Positions 30,151-41,180 of a stretch of DNA of 64,000 nt are shown piece after piece (position 1 is the first letter of the stretch; every line of letters begins with the position of its first letter). A program made the translations under genes and the position numbers. The stretch spans positions 4,402,001 to 4,466,000 of the forward strand of contig CAKKNE010000005.1 in the NCBI GenBank assembly GCA_918797485.1, given 5' to 3'. The DNA comes from Pelagomonas calceolata. Taxonomy: Eukaryota. Below the pieces are notes generated by a model. It had not been told where the DNA came from and made no database searches. It saw only the letters and a list, made by a program, of their open reading frames with translations.

Positions 30151-33100
30151 TTACTTCTTCTTACGCGAGAAAAACCCTCCCTTCTTCTTGGCGGCCTTCG
30201 CGGGCTTCGCGTCGGCGGGGTGGACCTTGCCCGAGGGTTTTGATGACGCCTTCGCCGCCGCTTGCGCAGCTTCGCGCTTCTGCTTTTCCGCGTCGAGGGC
30301 CGCCTGGGCCGCCTGCGCGGCCTTGTCCGCGTCGAGCGCATTCGCGTGGAACTCGCTGCATTGGTCCTTCACATTCCTGATATCCAGTCGCGCGACGCTC
30401 GCCGCCGCCTGGTCAGCCGCGGCCTTCGCCGCCTCGAACGCCTTTCGTGACGCCACGCGGTACTTCGCCTGCGTCCGCACCCGAAACCCGGCCTTCCAGA
30501 CGACCTGCAGCTTCCGCGAGGAGACCGCATTCAATATAGCTTCGAGCCGGCGCGTCTTGTCGTCCTTTTCTCCGCTCCTACCCACGCGACACGCCTCGAC
30601 CGCCGAGCGCACGGCCTCGGCGGCCGCTTGGGCGGCCTTCCGCGCCGCGGTCGCCGCGTCGCTGGCGGCGTTCGATCGCGCCGCGGCATGGCGAGCGGCG
30701 GCCTTCTTCAATCGTTTCGCCTCGGCAGCGACGGACGGCGCCGACCCGTGCCGCCGCGCCATCTCCGCGTCGACGCGCGCGAGTGCACGTCTTAAGCGAG
30801 CATCGTCGTCCGCGATCGTATGGAGGTCATCGGCCAGCGTCTCCGACGGCATGATCGACGGAGATCCAAAGGCCTTGAGGATGTTCCGCCTCCTCAGTAT
30901 TTCTTGACCCACATTCCTCATCTTCGCGTCCACCGCCCAGTCGTCGGCCGAGGCCCACCGACTGTCGCCCGTCTTTTCGTCCAGGATGTACTCGTGGCCG
31001 GTCTCCGGGTCCGTGTACCTCACGAGCCCGCTCTTTCTCGAGGGGGACAGGATGGACGACGTCCTGTTTTGAAAGGCTCTTCTGAGCTTCCGGCGAGCGT
31101 CCCTATTACAAGCTACCAAAGAAAAGTCCTTGCCCGACGACACGCGCGCGACGGCCGCCGCATCTACCAGAGCCGCATACAACGCGCCTATTAACGAAGC
31201 GGCGGCGCGACAGACCTCTTGTCTTGGATCTTGACGGAGTACCGCTTCCGCTAGAGATGCAATATCGCGCGCATCCAACACCGAATCGTCGCGCGCGCCG
31301 AAGCGCGCCACCAGCAAGGCCAACGTCCGTAGTCTCGCAGCCGCCAATTTCGCGGGCTGCGACGGGTGGCCCAAAACCGCGGCCGCGTGTCTCCTGGAAT
31401 CGGTCTCCTCCATGACGTGCGCGCCGACGGGCGGCGGTCTCGGTAAAACGGCGGCGGCAACTAATGGTGCCCCTAACCAAGGCGTCCTCGCTAGCCTCGA
31501 CACGCAGCGCGCCGCGACTCGCGCCGCGCGCCGAGAAGCGGCGTGTGAGCTCCGTTCGTCGGTGTCGCTGCAGTGGCGCGCGCAGCGCTGACATACGAGG
31601 GGTAGCAACGCCCGCAACGCCGCCAAGGCGTCCTTCAGCGGCGCGCCTTTTCTACAAATACCTCGTCGTAATAACGTCGTCGGCGCCAGGACGTCATCAC
31701 CATCATCTCCCGGATCACTCCGTATCGTTTGATAGGTCGGGCTCTCGGCGATGGTCGAGTGCGACACGTTCCGATCCAGGCGCTTCTTCTTGCCGCGGAA
31801 AAGATCAACCAATAACCGACAAGCCTCCGCGAAGACGTCCGCGCTTTCGGACGAGAGGCCCTGTTGTAATAAAGCGCAGAGGGCCGCGAATAGCAAACGC
31901 CGCCGCTTCCATCCCTCTTCCCATTGTAGGATTCCAGCGGCCTCCGCCAAAGCTTCGGTATCGATGCGCGACCGGCCGTCGCGCACCAGCACCAAAACCT
32001 GCCGTCTCATCAACCAGTTGCCCTGGCACGCAAAGGCCAACGCTAACGGCCCGATGGTGGCCTTTAAAGCTTTCGAGACGGCCTCTCTCTTGACAGAAGT
32101 GGACTTGTACAACAAGAGCGAGAGGTCATCGTCGTCCGGTGGTGGTGGACACCCACCGGGCGGCGCTGAAGGTGGAGATAACCGGACCGCATGCATCTGC
32201 GCGAGAGCGTCCGCGACGCCGTCGACGTCCGCCACGCCTTCATGGGCCATCCAGCGTACGAGTCTCGAGGAAACACTTTCCGTATGTAATAACCTCTCAC
32301 AATGATTGCGCGCTCGGTCCCTCCTCGCTTCTTCTTCTTCAGACAATCTAGCTGGAGTTGGCGGTCGGGCGACGTCTTCGTCGTCACTCAGGTCCAAGTC
32401 CAGCGGCCTTTTCAGCGTCTCGAGGGGGTATTCGTCGAAGCCCCACCAGCCCCTATCTGATGAGGACGGCATGGCCGCCTCAGAAATGTATGACCAGTCC
32501 TGGGCGCCACTAATCGGCGACTTGAGTGTAGCCATCGGGTCGATCGTCTGGTCGTTCTCGTCGTCACTGGACGCCTGGTCGTCCGATTCCGAGGAGGATG
32601 CATACGAATCTTCATCAAACACGTCTCGCTGCGATTGGTCTCGCGCGCGTCTTCTCGCCGCGACTCTTGCGGCAGCCGCCACGTCCGCGACAGCGTCCGC
32701 GGCGTCGCGTTCCCGCGCCTTCTCCAATTGTTGCGCGTCGAGGAACATGTCCCCGTCGTCGTCCGGTAATAGCAGGTCCGTGTCAGGAGACGTCACCCAC
32801 TTGTGACAGAAGACGCTGCCCTCTTTACCTGAAGAGGACGCCTTCCGGTCCGAGAGGTGGATGACGTCGTCGTGCGTCGCCAAGGATCTCGCAGCATCAG
32901 TACGACGCTGCTTTCTGAGGGTTTGCGTCTCGGCCTTGGCCGTGCGCGCGGCGTCGAAATCTTCCCTTTGTACAGCGTTATGCTGCCGTTCTTGTGATCT
33001 TCTGATATCCTCGTCGGCCCTCACAGCTGTTACTTCGGCCTGCTTCAAGGCTTCGGCCGCTTCTTTGCGATGTTTTTTACGTGCGCGGTGCTGCGCCGTC

Positions 33101-33906
33101 GCCAAGGCCGCGAGCACAGCGTCGTCCTCCGCTCTCCCGGTCTCGGCCGCGGCGTCGAGCTCGCCCTGTCGCGCTTGTTGGATCGTTTTTGCGGTTTCCT
33201 CCTCGTCGTCGTTATCGCTATCAACAGATGTTGTTCGATGGGACAGCCGCATTAACGCCAGCGACTTCACTACGTCCGTGGCCACGCCAGCTTTACTTAA
33301 TTCTTCTTCGGCCGCGTCCCAGCGTATCTTCGAGATTACAGGTAAGTGTCGACATTCCATGGACTTGCCTAATAATGCTACGCGAGCAAAGCCCACTCTC
33401 GACCCATCGCCATTCCGATCGCCCGGCAATGGAGCTCTAACCGGCTCGTGGATCACGAGTCGCACGAACTTCGTGCGCTTCGCACTACGAGCCAGCCGCG
33501 CCACCTTCCTTTCCCTAGCGTCGGAGCCCTTCCTTGCCAGATTATTTTCGCCGAACGTGATGGACCCGCACCGCGTAAAGACCGCCGCGCAATATTCTGA
33601 AAGCCATTTCTTGCGTTTTTCGTCGGTCACGACGTCGTCTGCAGTTTTTGAGAGGAAGGCATCATCCAGAGGGTCCCCTGCTGTAGTAGCGTCATTTCCA
33701 GGAGCCGCGAAGACCTCGACTTTCGTCGGAGCCCGGTCGCCCGGCGCCACCAAGCGCAACCCGTCGAGCGTGCAGTCGCCGACCCATAACCCTAGCTCGA
33801 CGGGCCAGCGATGCCGCGCGTCGCTCGTCCAGCCTCCTCTTGGTGTCTCCAGGCCCCTCGCGTCCTCGCCTAGGATGACGACGAAGGGCAGTTCTCCTGA
33901 GGCCAT
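30151..33906 (-). CDS. CEP104-like centrosomal/ciliary protein
   Basis: N-terminal jelly-roll pattern (GW.S....P.ELGL...ARERKV...FVRLVIH...VG..RVALLG), AVQREDFDAA coiled coil, HEAT/TOG-like region and WW-like YTDPETGHEY...TGDSRW. Confidence 0.7.
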   Translation of the reverse strand: MASGELPFVVILGEDARGLETPRGGWTSDARHRWPVELGLWVGDCTLDGLRLVAPGDRAPTKVEVFAAPGNDATTAGDPLDDAFLSKTADDVVTDEKRKKWLSEYCAAVFTRCGSITFGENNLARKGSDARERKVARLARSAKRTKFVRLVIHEPVRAPLPGDRNGDGSRVGFARVALLGKSMECRHLPVISKIRWDAAEEELSKAGVATDVVKSLALMRLSHRTTSVDSDNDDEEETAKTIQQARQGELDAAAETGRAEDDAVLAALATAQHRARKKHRKEAAEALKQAEVTAVRADEDIRRSQERQHNAVQREDFDAARTAKAETQTLRKQRRTDAARSLATHDDVIHLSDRKASSSGKEGSVFCHKWVTSPDTDLLLPDDDGDMFLDAQQLEKARERDAADAVADVAAAARVAARRRARDQSQRDVFDEDSYASSSESDDQASSDDENDQTIDPMATLKSPISGAQDWSYISEAAMPSSSDRGWWGFDEYPLETLKRPLDLDLSDDEDVARPPTPARLSEEEEARRDRARNHCERLLHTESVSSRLVRWMAHEGVADVDGVADALAQMHAVRLSPPSAPPGGCPPPPDDDDLSLLLYKSTSVKREAVSKALKATIGPLALAFACQGNWLMRRQVLVLVRDGRSRIDTEALAEAAGILQWEEGWKRRRLLFAALCALLQQGLSSESADVFAEACRLLVDLFRGKKKRLDRNVSHSTIAESPTYQTIRSDPGDDGDDVLAPTTLLRRGICRKGAPLKDALAALRALLPLVCQRCARHCSDTDERSSHAASRRAARVAARCVSRLARTPWLGAPLVAAAVLPRPPPVGAHVMEETDSRRHAAAVLGHPSQPAKLAAARLRTLALLVARFGARDDSVLDARDIASLAEAVLRQDPRQEVCRAAASLIGALYAALVDAAAVARVSSGKDFSLVACNRDARRKLRRAFQNRTSSILSPSRKSGLVRYTDPETGHEYILDEKTGDSRWASADDWAVDAKMRNVGQEILRRRNILKAFGSPSIMPSETLADDLHTIADDDARLRRALARVDAEMARRHGSAPSVAAEAKRLKKAAARHAAARSNAASDAATAARKAAQAAAEAVRSAVEACRVGRSGEKDDKTRRLEAILNAVSSRKLQVVWKAGFRVRTQAKYRVASRKAFEAAKAAADQAAASVARLDIRNVKDQCSEFHANALDADKAAQAAQAALDAEKQKREAAQAAAKASSKPSGKVHPADAKPAKAAKKKGGFFSRKKK

Positions 33907-34234
33907 CGTGTCCGTTCTGCGTCCTTTGCCTTTTTCTGCGCGTAAAGGCGCTCGTTCTTGCAGCCGGCTTCGCGAGGTGTGGCTAGCTAACCAACTGTGT
34001 CTTGGACGAGGACCCGTCGCGCGGGGCAGTGCGTGCGTGGCGGTGCGGGTGTCCCGGTCGCTGCTCAGCAGGGCTGCCCCATCGTTGCTCGTTTTTCAAG
34101 CCGCAGTTGTACGAGTCGTTGGCTGGGCTGCCCTGCGCCGGACATCGACCTCGCGGCCTGCTCTGGAGCCGTTCTGGAGTGCTCGGGAGGGGTACGATGC
34201 CTATGTGAAGCTGTTACGACGTGTCTTTTTGTTT

Positions 34235-34259
34235 GCTAGTGTCTTTCCAGTTCGCTAGC
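34235..34259 (+). promoter_or_regulatory. CTAG-bracketed upstream element (variant)
   Basis: gctagtgtctttccagttcgctagc between divergent genes. Confidence 0.6.
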
Positions 34260-34480
34260 CTGTCTTTAACATTTGCTCGTGGCGCTTGTCGCGCGCTCTG
34301 TGGAGCGAAGCGCTCGTAAATTAGGCGCTGGGAGAAGCGGTGTTGCTGCCGTCTCGGCGCCGCGCCGTTGCACGCGTCCAGAAACGCCACACGGCTAACA
34401 GGGTGCCACCCGAAAAATATCGATTTTGGCGCGGTCAGTACGACCGCAGCGGCTCTCGGCAGAGCGGAACTGCTACAGAC

Positions 34481-35431
34481 ATGCTCTCGGTGGTGGTGGC
34501 GGCCTGGGGCGGCTGGCTCAGCTTCCAAGCGCTTAAAGCGCGCAAAGCGCGCGACGACGTCGAGGCCGAGGACGCGGCCGTGCGCAAGGTCCTGCGCTTC
34601 TGGGCGTGCTACGCGTTCCTGCTGGCCTACGACGCCTACGGCTGCTTGACCTGGGTCCCGGGCCACAGCCTCGCGCGCGCGGCCGCCGTCGGGTTCGTCT
34701 TCTTGCTCCCGCCGGCCTGGGGCGCCACTGAAGTCGCGTTCTTCGTCGGCCTCCTCCCGACAGCTCATGCGAGCTGGGCCGTCGCGCACGGTGCCGTGTT
34801 CTCGGTGCTGGCAGTCGCGCACGACCTGGCGGCGGAGTGCGCGCGGCCCGGACTGTTTTCGCCGAAGGGCCGCGCGCCAAAAACGCCTCTGAAAACGCCA
34901 CCGGCGCGCGACGCGCGGCGGCGCATCGCTGAGCTCCTGCGCGACTCGGACGACAGCGACGACGAAGAGCCGGCCTCGTGCGTGGCCGAGCCGGGAACCC
35001 CACGCGTCCGGCCGACGCCGCGCGACCCGTGCGAGTCTCTGGATTCTGTCGCGTCCGCGCCGTCGTCGCCCGGACTGCTGCGCGGCTGGTCGCGCGAGGT
35101 CTCGTCGGACGACGACTTCGACGCGGACGCCGCGACGCGTGCGGCGAAGAAGCTGAGGGTCGCGGAGCTGCGCGCGGCGCTGGAAGCCGCGGGAGCGGAT
35201 TCGAAGGGCCTGAAGCCTGCGCTCGTCGAGCGGCTCGTGGGCGTCCGGCGACGAGCCGCGTCGGGTCCGACGCTGTCGCCCGTCGCCTTTAGCGAGACGG
35301 ACGATGATCCTCCGCCTCGGGCGTCGCCCGCGAAGCGGGTGTGGGGCCTGCGACGGCGGTTCTCGCCGCGGAAACTGCGGACTCGGCGGCCCCGCGCTGC
35401 AGCGCTCTCCCCCGGGGAACCGTCCCAGTGA
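34481..35431 (+). CDS. HVA22/REEP-like membrane domain plus SAP domain protein
   Basis: SFQALK...VLRFWACYA...WVPG; SAP motif LRVAELRAALEAAGADSKGLKPALVERL. Confidence 0.7.
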   Translation: MLSVVVAAWGGWLSFQALKARKARDDVEAEDAAVRKVLRFWACYAFLLAYDAYGCLTWVPGHSLARAAAVGFVFLLPPAWGATEVAFFVGLLPTAHASWAVAHGAVFSVLAVAHDLAAECARPGLFSPKGRAPKTPLKTPPARDARRRIAELLRDSDDSDDEEPASCVAEPGTPRVRPTPRDPCESLDSVASAPSSPGLLRGWSREVSSDDDFDADAATRAAKKLRVAELRAALEAAGADSKGLKPALVERLVGVRRRAASGPTLSPVAFSETDDDPPPRASPAKRVWGLRRRFSPRKLRTRRPRAAALSPGEPSQ

Positions 35432-35622
35432 TGAGTATGTTTGTTGAAAGTATATTTCTCCTCCCGGGAACCGTCGTCGGGGGGTCGCGTTCGGGTGTAG
35501 CGGCCCAGGAAGATACCCTCATGCCTCCCGGAACACGCCGGCAGAGCGGGAATTAAGCTCTGAACTTCACTATCGGGGGTCAGTCGGAGAGGTCTGTTTT
35601 CAAAAGCCATCCGCCTAGGCCT

Positions 35623-35666
35623 GTATACATGCATATGTATATACATACATATATATATTATATATA
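35623..35666. repeat. TA-rich microsatellite
   Basis: tatacatgcatatgtatatacatacatatatatattatatata in an otherwise GC-rich genome. Confidence 0.85.
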
Positions 35667-36996
35667 CGGATTCCTAGTGTGTCGATACGCTAGATCACCA
35701 GGTCTTGCGGCTCGCCAAAATACACCAGCGATTGACAGTGCCTTCTACCGTCCAAATGATACATCATATCAACTCCAGCCCAGTTTTCATACACATTCGA
35801 CGGAACCGGAGCCGACGGCCCGCGCTCGGAAGGCGGGAAAAGAATTCTACTAGACAACTCCCGAGTTTATGTTCGTTTCCTTCCATTTGTTAGGGGTAGA
35901 GTCCATCTAACCCGCATCAGCGACCACTGAGCTAGTTTAGATGCTCCGTTAGAGCCGCGCGAAACGGCGACTTTGAGACCCCGCGTTTACGTGAAAACAA
36001 GCAGAAGACCCAGACCCGCGAGTATCAGCGACGCCACCATCCAGATGGACCATAACGCCGTCGTTCTATTCACAATCGACCGACTTGCCCGTTCTCCGCG
36101 GACGACGGTGCGTACGCGGGGCACTGGATTGGCCCCAGACCGGTGGTTTATAAAATAAATTCGCGTTTGAGGCGCTTCAGTTGTAGGACGGGCCATCCGA
36201 ACCGCCTGAGCGGTCACACATTTGATTTACTGTTCCGAAGGCTCCCGGCGGCTCGTCTCTCTCGCGGCCCCAGGATCTCGTTTAAATGGGCACCAGGCCC
36301 AGACCTGCGACCATCAGCCCGTGTACCATCACCATGGACCATGACGCGACCATTTGCTCCATGACCGACCGACTTGCGCGAGGTCCAGATGCAGATGTTC
36401 ACGTCCCGAGCGTGGGCAGCCAAAAGTACCCTTCTTATAATGTAGATGTCATATACTTGTAATTGACTATCGCTGGGGTAGTATGGGGTCCAACGAGACC
36501 GCTACGGCGACTACTGGGGGCCCTCGGGTAATTGACGTTTTTGACGGGAACGGGGCGCCATCGGGTCCAAATTAGTTACTTTTTTCGGGGGCAGATCGAC
36601 TCCTGGAGGTCTCTCGGGGTAGGTCTGGTTGTGGGTAAGCGCCTGTACCGCATACGCCGGCGCTGGGGCCCACCGAGGGCTTCTGGAAGCCATTGCCAAG
36701 TAATTCATGCACAAGTGGGTTGGATGGTTGAGAGAATTGGCCGAAATATGCTGGAAGCGGCCACGCATGCGCTGTAGTCGCCTAGCCATGTATACTTCGA
36801 CCCTAAGCGACCCCGGGGAGACCTCAGGACCACGGATTGACAGGATTCCACTGGCGTGGCCGCCTTGTGGCGTCCTCAGCCGGGCCGCCGCGAATTAAAT
36901 ATATTCCATTTTTGGCCCCCAGGAAGTGTCTCATTGATCTCTTTGGACCATTAGCGAACGGAACGGTACTCAAACAGCTGCATGTCGTTTGCTTTT

Positions 36997-37020
36997 GCTA
37001 GTATCTTACATGCCGCTAGC
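36997..37020 (+). promoter_or_regulatory. CTAG-bracketed upstream element
   Basis: gctagtatcttacatgccgctagc. Confidence 0.7.
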
Positions 37021-37227
37021 CCACGCGATTTTGGCAAAGCGGCCATTCATTGCATTGCTGCGACCTGGCACGCATCCAGCGAGTCACCACATTTGCTTGA
37101 CTTATATCCTTGCATTGCTGCGACCGGTAGGGCATTAGCGTTTGCATAGCTGACTCCCAGCACGACCATATCATTTGCATCGCTGCTGAGGCGGCAGTGG
37201 TTCTGCATTCTGTAAAACTGGTGAGCA

Positions 37228-38563
37228 ATGGCTAACTCGTACCAACAAAGAGTCCTGCGGCGCCAGCTGTCGGCAGCTGACTACCTCGGTTCGAGGGGCG
37301 CCGATGGCATAGATGCGTTGCGGAGATTAGTGGCCGAGACGGAGGCTAGCGATGGCGAGGCGCTCGTCGCACTGCCAAGAAATTGGCAGTGCGCCATCCC
37401 GCTCAAGGGCGCGTGCATGAACGGCCACGTGCGGACGCTGGCGTACCTCGTGGACGCCTGCCGGGCGGACGTCGACTTGGTGGATGAAGAGACTGGTGAC
37501 ACGGCGGCGCACGTCGCGGTGTCGTGGGGCCGGCTCGACGCCGTCGCGTGGCTGCTGGTGCCTGTGTGGAAATCGAATTTACGGCGCGTTCGCAGCACCC
37601 CGACACACTGGTTGATTTCCACGCAGGCTCGCGAGGGGCGCGCGCCACGACGTCCGCGACCGCGCGGGCCTCACGCTCGCCGGCGCGGCGCGGCGGCGGC
37701 TCGAGCTGCTGGATAGAGGCGACATCGACGCTGAACGATTGCGGGCGCGAGGCATGGACATCGACGCGCTGCGCGACGAGGGCGCGCAGCTCGCGAAGCT
37801 GCTCGGGGCCGTGGAGAGGGCGGGCGGCTGGTCGGCATTCGCGGCCAAGTTCCCGCAGCGGCCACGCGTGCGCCGCGCCGCGCCGTGGCTCGGCGCCGCG
37901 TCGGACCGCGCGGCGCTCGCCGTTTGCTTTGCGAATGCGGTGCGCGCCAAAGATGTGGTTAAAGTTGTTGAAGTGAAGACGACGGCGGCGCAGCAGCGCA
38001 AGCGGGCGAACGCGTTAAGTAAACGCATCGCCGCCGCGGAGTACGCCGCCGCGACGGCCGCGAAAGCATCAATACGAGCCGACGACCCGCCGCTGGAGGT
38101 CGCCCTACTCAATGCGGGCCTGACGTCCTCGGCGCCGGGCGAACATAATCTCGTCGACCCGGTGTTTCCCCGCGCGCTGCGCTGGCTGAACGCGACGACT
38201 GTGGATGATGTGCGAAGTTTAGAACGGGAAGAAGTCTCGCAGGTCGACGGGCCGTCGTCGGCCGACCGGCGGAAGCTGTGGCTGTTTTGCGTCGCGCAGC
38301 GCGAGGCGCTCGAGACCGCCGTCACGGAAGCGACGAAAACTGCGGTGGCCGAGGTGCGCGAGCTCGAGGCGGTCAAAAGGGCGGCCTCGCGGCCCGTGGA
38401 CCCGCGCGCGGCCATCGCGTTCCGCGTGCCGGAGGCGTGCTTCGTGCGGATCGCGCGGTTCCTCTACCACGCGCCGCGGCCGCCGCCGACGCCTCCTCCG
38501 CTCGACGCCGAAATTCTTGGGCTGCTGGAGGGGTTCGTGCGGCGGCCGCCTCCTCCTGGTTAA
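37228..38563 (+). CDS. Ankyrin-repeat protein; GC-AG intron 37554-37626
   Basis: PLKGACMNGH and TGDTAAHVAVSWGR ankyrin motifs. Splicing gives WLLARGARHDVRDRAGLT, in frame with ORF 37739..38563. Confidence 0.8.
37562..37626 (+). mobile_element. Internally deleted mini-introner, 65 bp
   Basis: ctgtgtggaaatcgaatttacggcgcgttcg...cactggttgatttccacgcag matches both ends of the full elements; decayed TSD gctggtgc/gctcgcga. Confidence 0.88.
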
Positions 38564-38654
38564 TGTTATTTTTGTTGCTCGGGGTTTCGATTGATTTTCT
38601 GAGGAAATACCGTCGGGGAGCGGCTACGACGGCACCCATGCTGTAGGAAATCGC

Positions 38655-38678
38655 GCTAGCGGCCTGTAAGACACTAGC
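38655..38678 (-). promoter_or_regulatory. CTAG-bracketed upstream element
   Basis: gctagcggcctgtaagacactagc. Confidence 0.7.
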
Positions 38679-38903
38679 AAGCAGGACGCTGCACATCCGA
38701 CAGCAGTTAATCGTCGCTAGTTGCAATACCAATACCCTCAGTCTGTCAACAGCGTCGAAATTATACACAGAGTCGTAAGCTGTCGCAAAAACGCATCTAT
38801 CTATGCACCGAGAGGCAGGAAAACATGAAAGCCGATAGGAACATGTATAAGCTCCGCTGCGTCAACGAGCCTCTTCCTCTCCGCAGCGGTTACCACCGTG
38901 TGC

Positions 38904-39344
38904 ATGCCTGTAATTGAAGCCCTCGGCCTAGACAAGGCGTCCGTCGGCGCGTGGATTGCCGTTTGCATCGTCCTCGGCAAGCTCTCGAAGACGGGGCATC
39001 TCAACAAGTGGGTCGCTCCGACGCTCGCCATCGCGTTGGGCCTGGCTGATACCTTCTTCACGGAGGCGCACTACAAGTTATACGGCCTCGACACGATGTC
39101 GCCGTTCTCGCGCATGTTTGCCCAGTTATTGGGCTCGTGCCTCCTCTCAGGCGGCACGTACGTCGCGGTGCTCGCGAAGGGCGACTCGCAGGAAAAGGCG
39201 TTCGGCTACGGCTACGCCGTCATCGCGGCCGCGGCGCTGAAGGCCGGACTCGTGAACGCCGGCGAGGTCGGGATGGGAAAGGCGCCGTTCTTCGTCTGGG
39301 GAGCCATTGCGTCGTACATCGCGTACAGGGCGCTTGACGAGTGA
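38904..39344 (+). CDS. Small multi-pass membrane protein
   Basis: Hydrophobic ORF with GC3 bias; start uncertain. Confidence 0.6.
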   Translation: MPVIEALGLDKASVGAWIAVCIVLGKLSKTGHLNKWVAPTLAIALGLADTFFTEAHYKLYGLDTMSPFSRMFAQLLGSCLLSGGTYVAVLAKGDSQEKAFGYGYAVIAAAALKAGLVNAGEVGMGKAPFFVWGAIASYIAYRALDE

Positions 39345-39431
39345 ACGCTATCCTGCGAGGCGCCCCGCCTAAGATTACTACAGCAGATAAACCGAACCCG
39401 TCGATACGGACATAGACACAGATTACTATCA

Positions 39432-40115
39432 TCATCCCCCACGCCTCCGACGCCTCCGCTTTTGGTTGTTGCGCGCCGGCTTTGGCGCCGATTCTGGCTC
39501 CGGCGCCGGCTCCGGCTCGGTGGCCTTCACAGGCTCCGGCTCAGCCTTCACAGACTCCACAGGCACCTCACCACCCCGCCGCGCCTTCAACCACCGAGAA
39601 GCCCGCGGCGTGTACGCGATGACCGCCGGCAGCCGGACCGGCTCGACCCACGCGTTGAGCTCGAGCGCGATGAACGCGTTCACCAAATCCTTGTGGATTG
39701 TATTGATGAAGGACAGATCATAAGTGATCTCCAATTGGTCCGCCGCCCAGAGGATGAGCTCCGGGCCGTCCACACCACCAATGGTCAATGCGCCGAAGAT
39801 GGGGATGAAAGTCACGACGTTCGCGCCGACGTACAGCGCGCCGAAGGCCACGCCGTGCTCCCGAAAGAGTTGTTGTAATTTCTCCCAGCGCGACGGCTCC
39901 TTTTCCTTCGTGCGGTCGTCGCCACTTGCGGTGGCGAAGGCTCGGGCTGGCTTCTGCGCGAACGCTCGCGAACCGGTGGTGAGGCTGCGCGGCGACGGGC
40001 GTGCTGCGGACGTATGTGCTGCAGGCGTGCGGCTGCAGGCACCAGCTGTGATGCTGTGGTGAGCCCTTGTATTGGCCCGCAGCAGTGAAAGCTGTGCTCG
40101 CCTGGCGAGCAGCAT
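39432..40115 (-). CDS. FAM210/DUF1279 mitochondrial protein
   Basis: Mitochondrial-type presequence; KLQQLFREHG...Y...AFIA...EPVRL...YTP. Confidence 0.75.
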   Translation of the reverse strand: MLLARRAQLSLLRANTRAHHSITAGACSRTPAAHTSAARPSPRSLTTGSRAFAQKPARAFATASGDDRTKEKEPSRWEKLQQLFREHGVAFGALYVGANVVTFIPIFGALTIGGVDGPELILWAADQLEITYDLSFINTIHKDLVNAFIALELNAWVEPVRLPAVIAYTPRASRWLKARRGGEVPVESVKAEPEPVKATEPEPAPEPESAPKPARNNQKRRRRRRGG

Positions 40116-40279
40116 CGCGGTATTGCAAAATAAAGACTATGTATGCTCGTCGCTGTCGCAGACGCACTCGCTGGCCAAAAAGCGGACGAGCAGAGCTAGC
40201 GTACTCGGCCTCTAGCGTATCGGCCTCTCCGCTTTTTTTCAGGCACGTCTCGGCAGCAAACTTTCGTGCACAAGCAAGC

Positions 40280-40950
40280 ATGGTTCGCCTGGCATTACTC
40301 TCCGCAGCACTCTCGGCCGCTGTGGCAGCAGCCGAGCCCAAAGTAACGAACAAGGTGCGAGATCCAGTGCCAGACAGCCGTGACCTTCCAGCTGTCCCGC
40401 GACCGTCCGACGCGCGAGAGGCAAAACTGCACGCAAAACGCAGGTCTTCTTCGACATCTCGATCGGCGGCGCGCCGGCCGGCCGCGTCGTCATGGGCCTC
40501 TACGGCGACGTCGTGCCAAAGACGGTGGAGAACTTCCGCGCGCTCTGCACGGGCGAGAAGGGCGTGGGCAAGAGCGGCAAGCCGCTCCACTACAAGGGCT
40601 CCAAGTTCCACCGCGTCATCCCGAACTTCATGCTCCAGGGCGGCGACTTCACGCGGGGCGACGGCACGGGCGGCGAGTCGATTTATGGAGAGAAGTTCGC
40701 CGACGAGAACTTCGAGCTCAAGCACACGGGCGCCGGCGTCTTATCGATGGCGAACGCGGGCCCCGGCACGAACGGGTCGCAGTTCTTCATCTGCACGGTG
40801 AAAACCGCCTGGCTCGACGGGCGCCACGTCGTCTTCGGGGGCGTCCTCGAGGGCATGGACGTCGTCAAGGCCGTCGAGAAGGTCGGCTCCGGCGGCGGCA
40901 AGACGACGAAGACGGTCGAGATCACGGACTCGGGCGAGCTCGAGCTGTAG
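40280..40950 (+). CDS. Cyclophilin peptidyl-prolyl isomerase with signal peptide (CypB-like); intron 40355-40443
   Basis: [43 protein letters not shown] and [10 protein letters not shown]. Confidence 0.95.
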
Positions 40951-41102
40951 GGGGGGTCCCCGGGATGCTAAGATTTAACATTTCAAGTTCACGGGTTGGT
41001 GTGGTGTATATCGATGGCTTATACAGGAGTAATGTACAGCACGCCGGCGGTTGATGTCGATAAAACGGCTGGCGATAGAGAAAGGGTCGACGAGGCGACC
41101 GT

Positions 41103-41171
41103 GGTCTCCGGCAGGTAGGCCGGTCTCCGGCAGGTAGGCCGGGTGGGGCGCGGGCCTGGGGCCCCGCGCCC
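41103..41171. repeat. 19-bp tandem duplication followed by a GC hairpin between convergent genes
   Basis: ggtctccggcaggtaggcc x2 (41103-41140), then gggcgcggg...cccgcgccc. Confidence 0.7.
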
Positions 41172-41180
41172 GTGTTTTTT

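Noticed and set aside
40355..40443. Cyclophilin intron as another introner
   Set aside because: No TIR, TSD or internal hairpin motif; it looks like an ordinary GT-AG intron.
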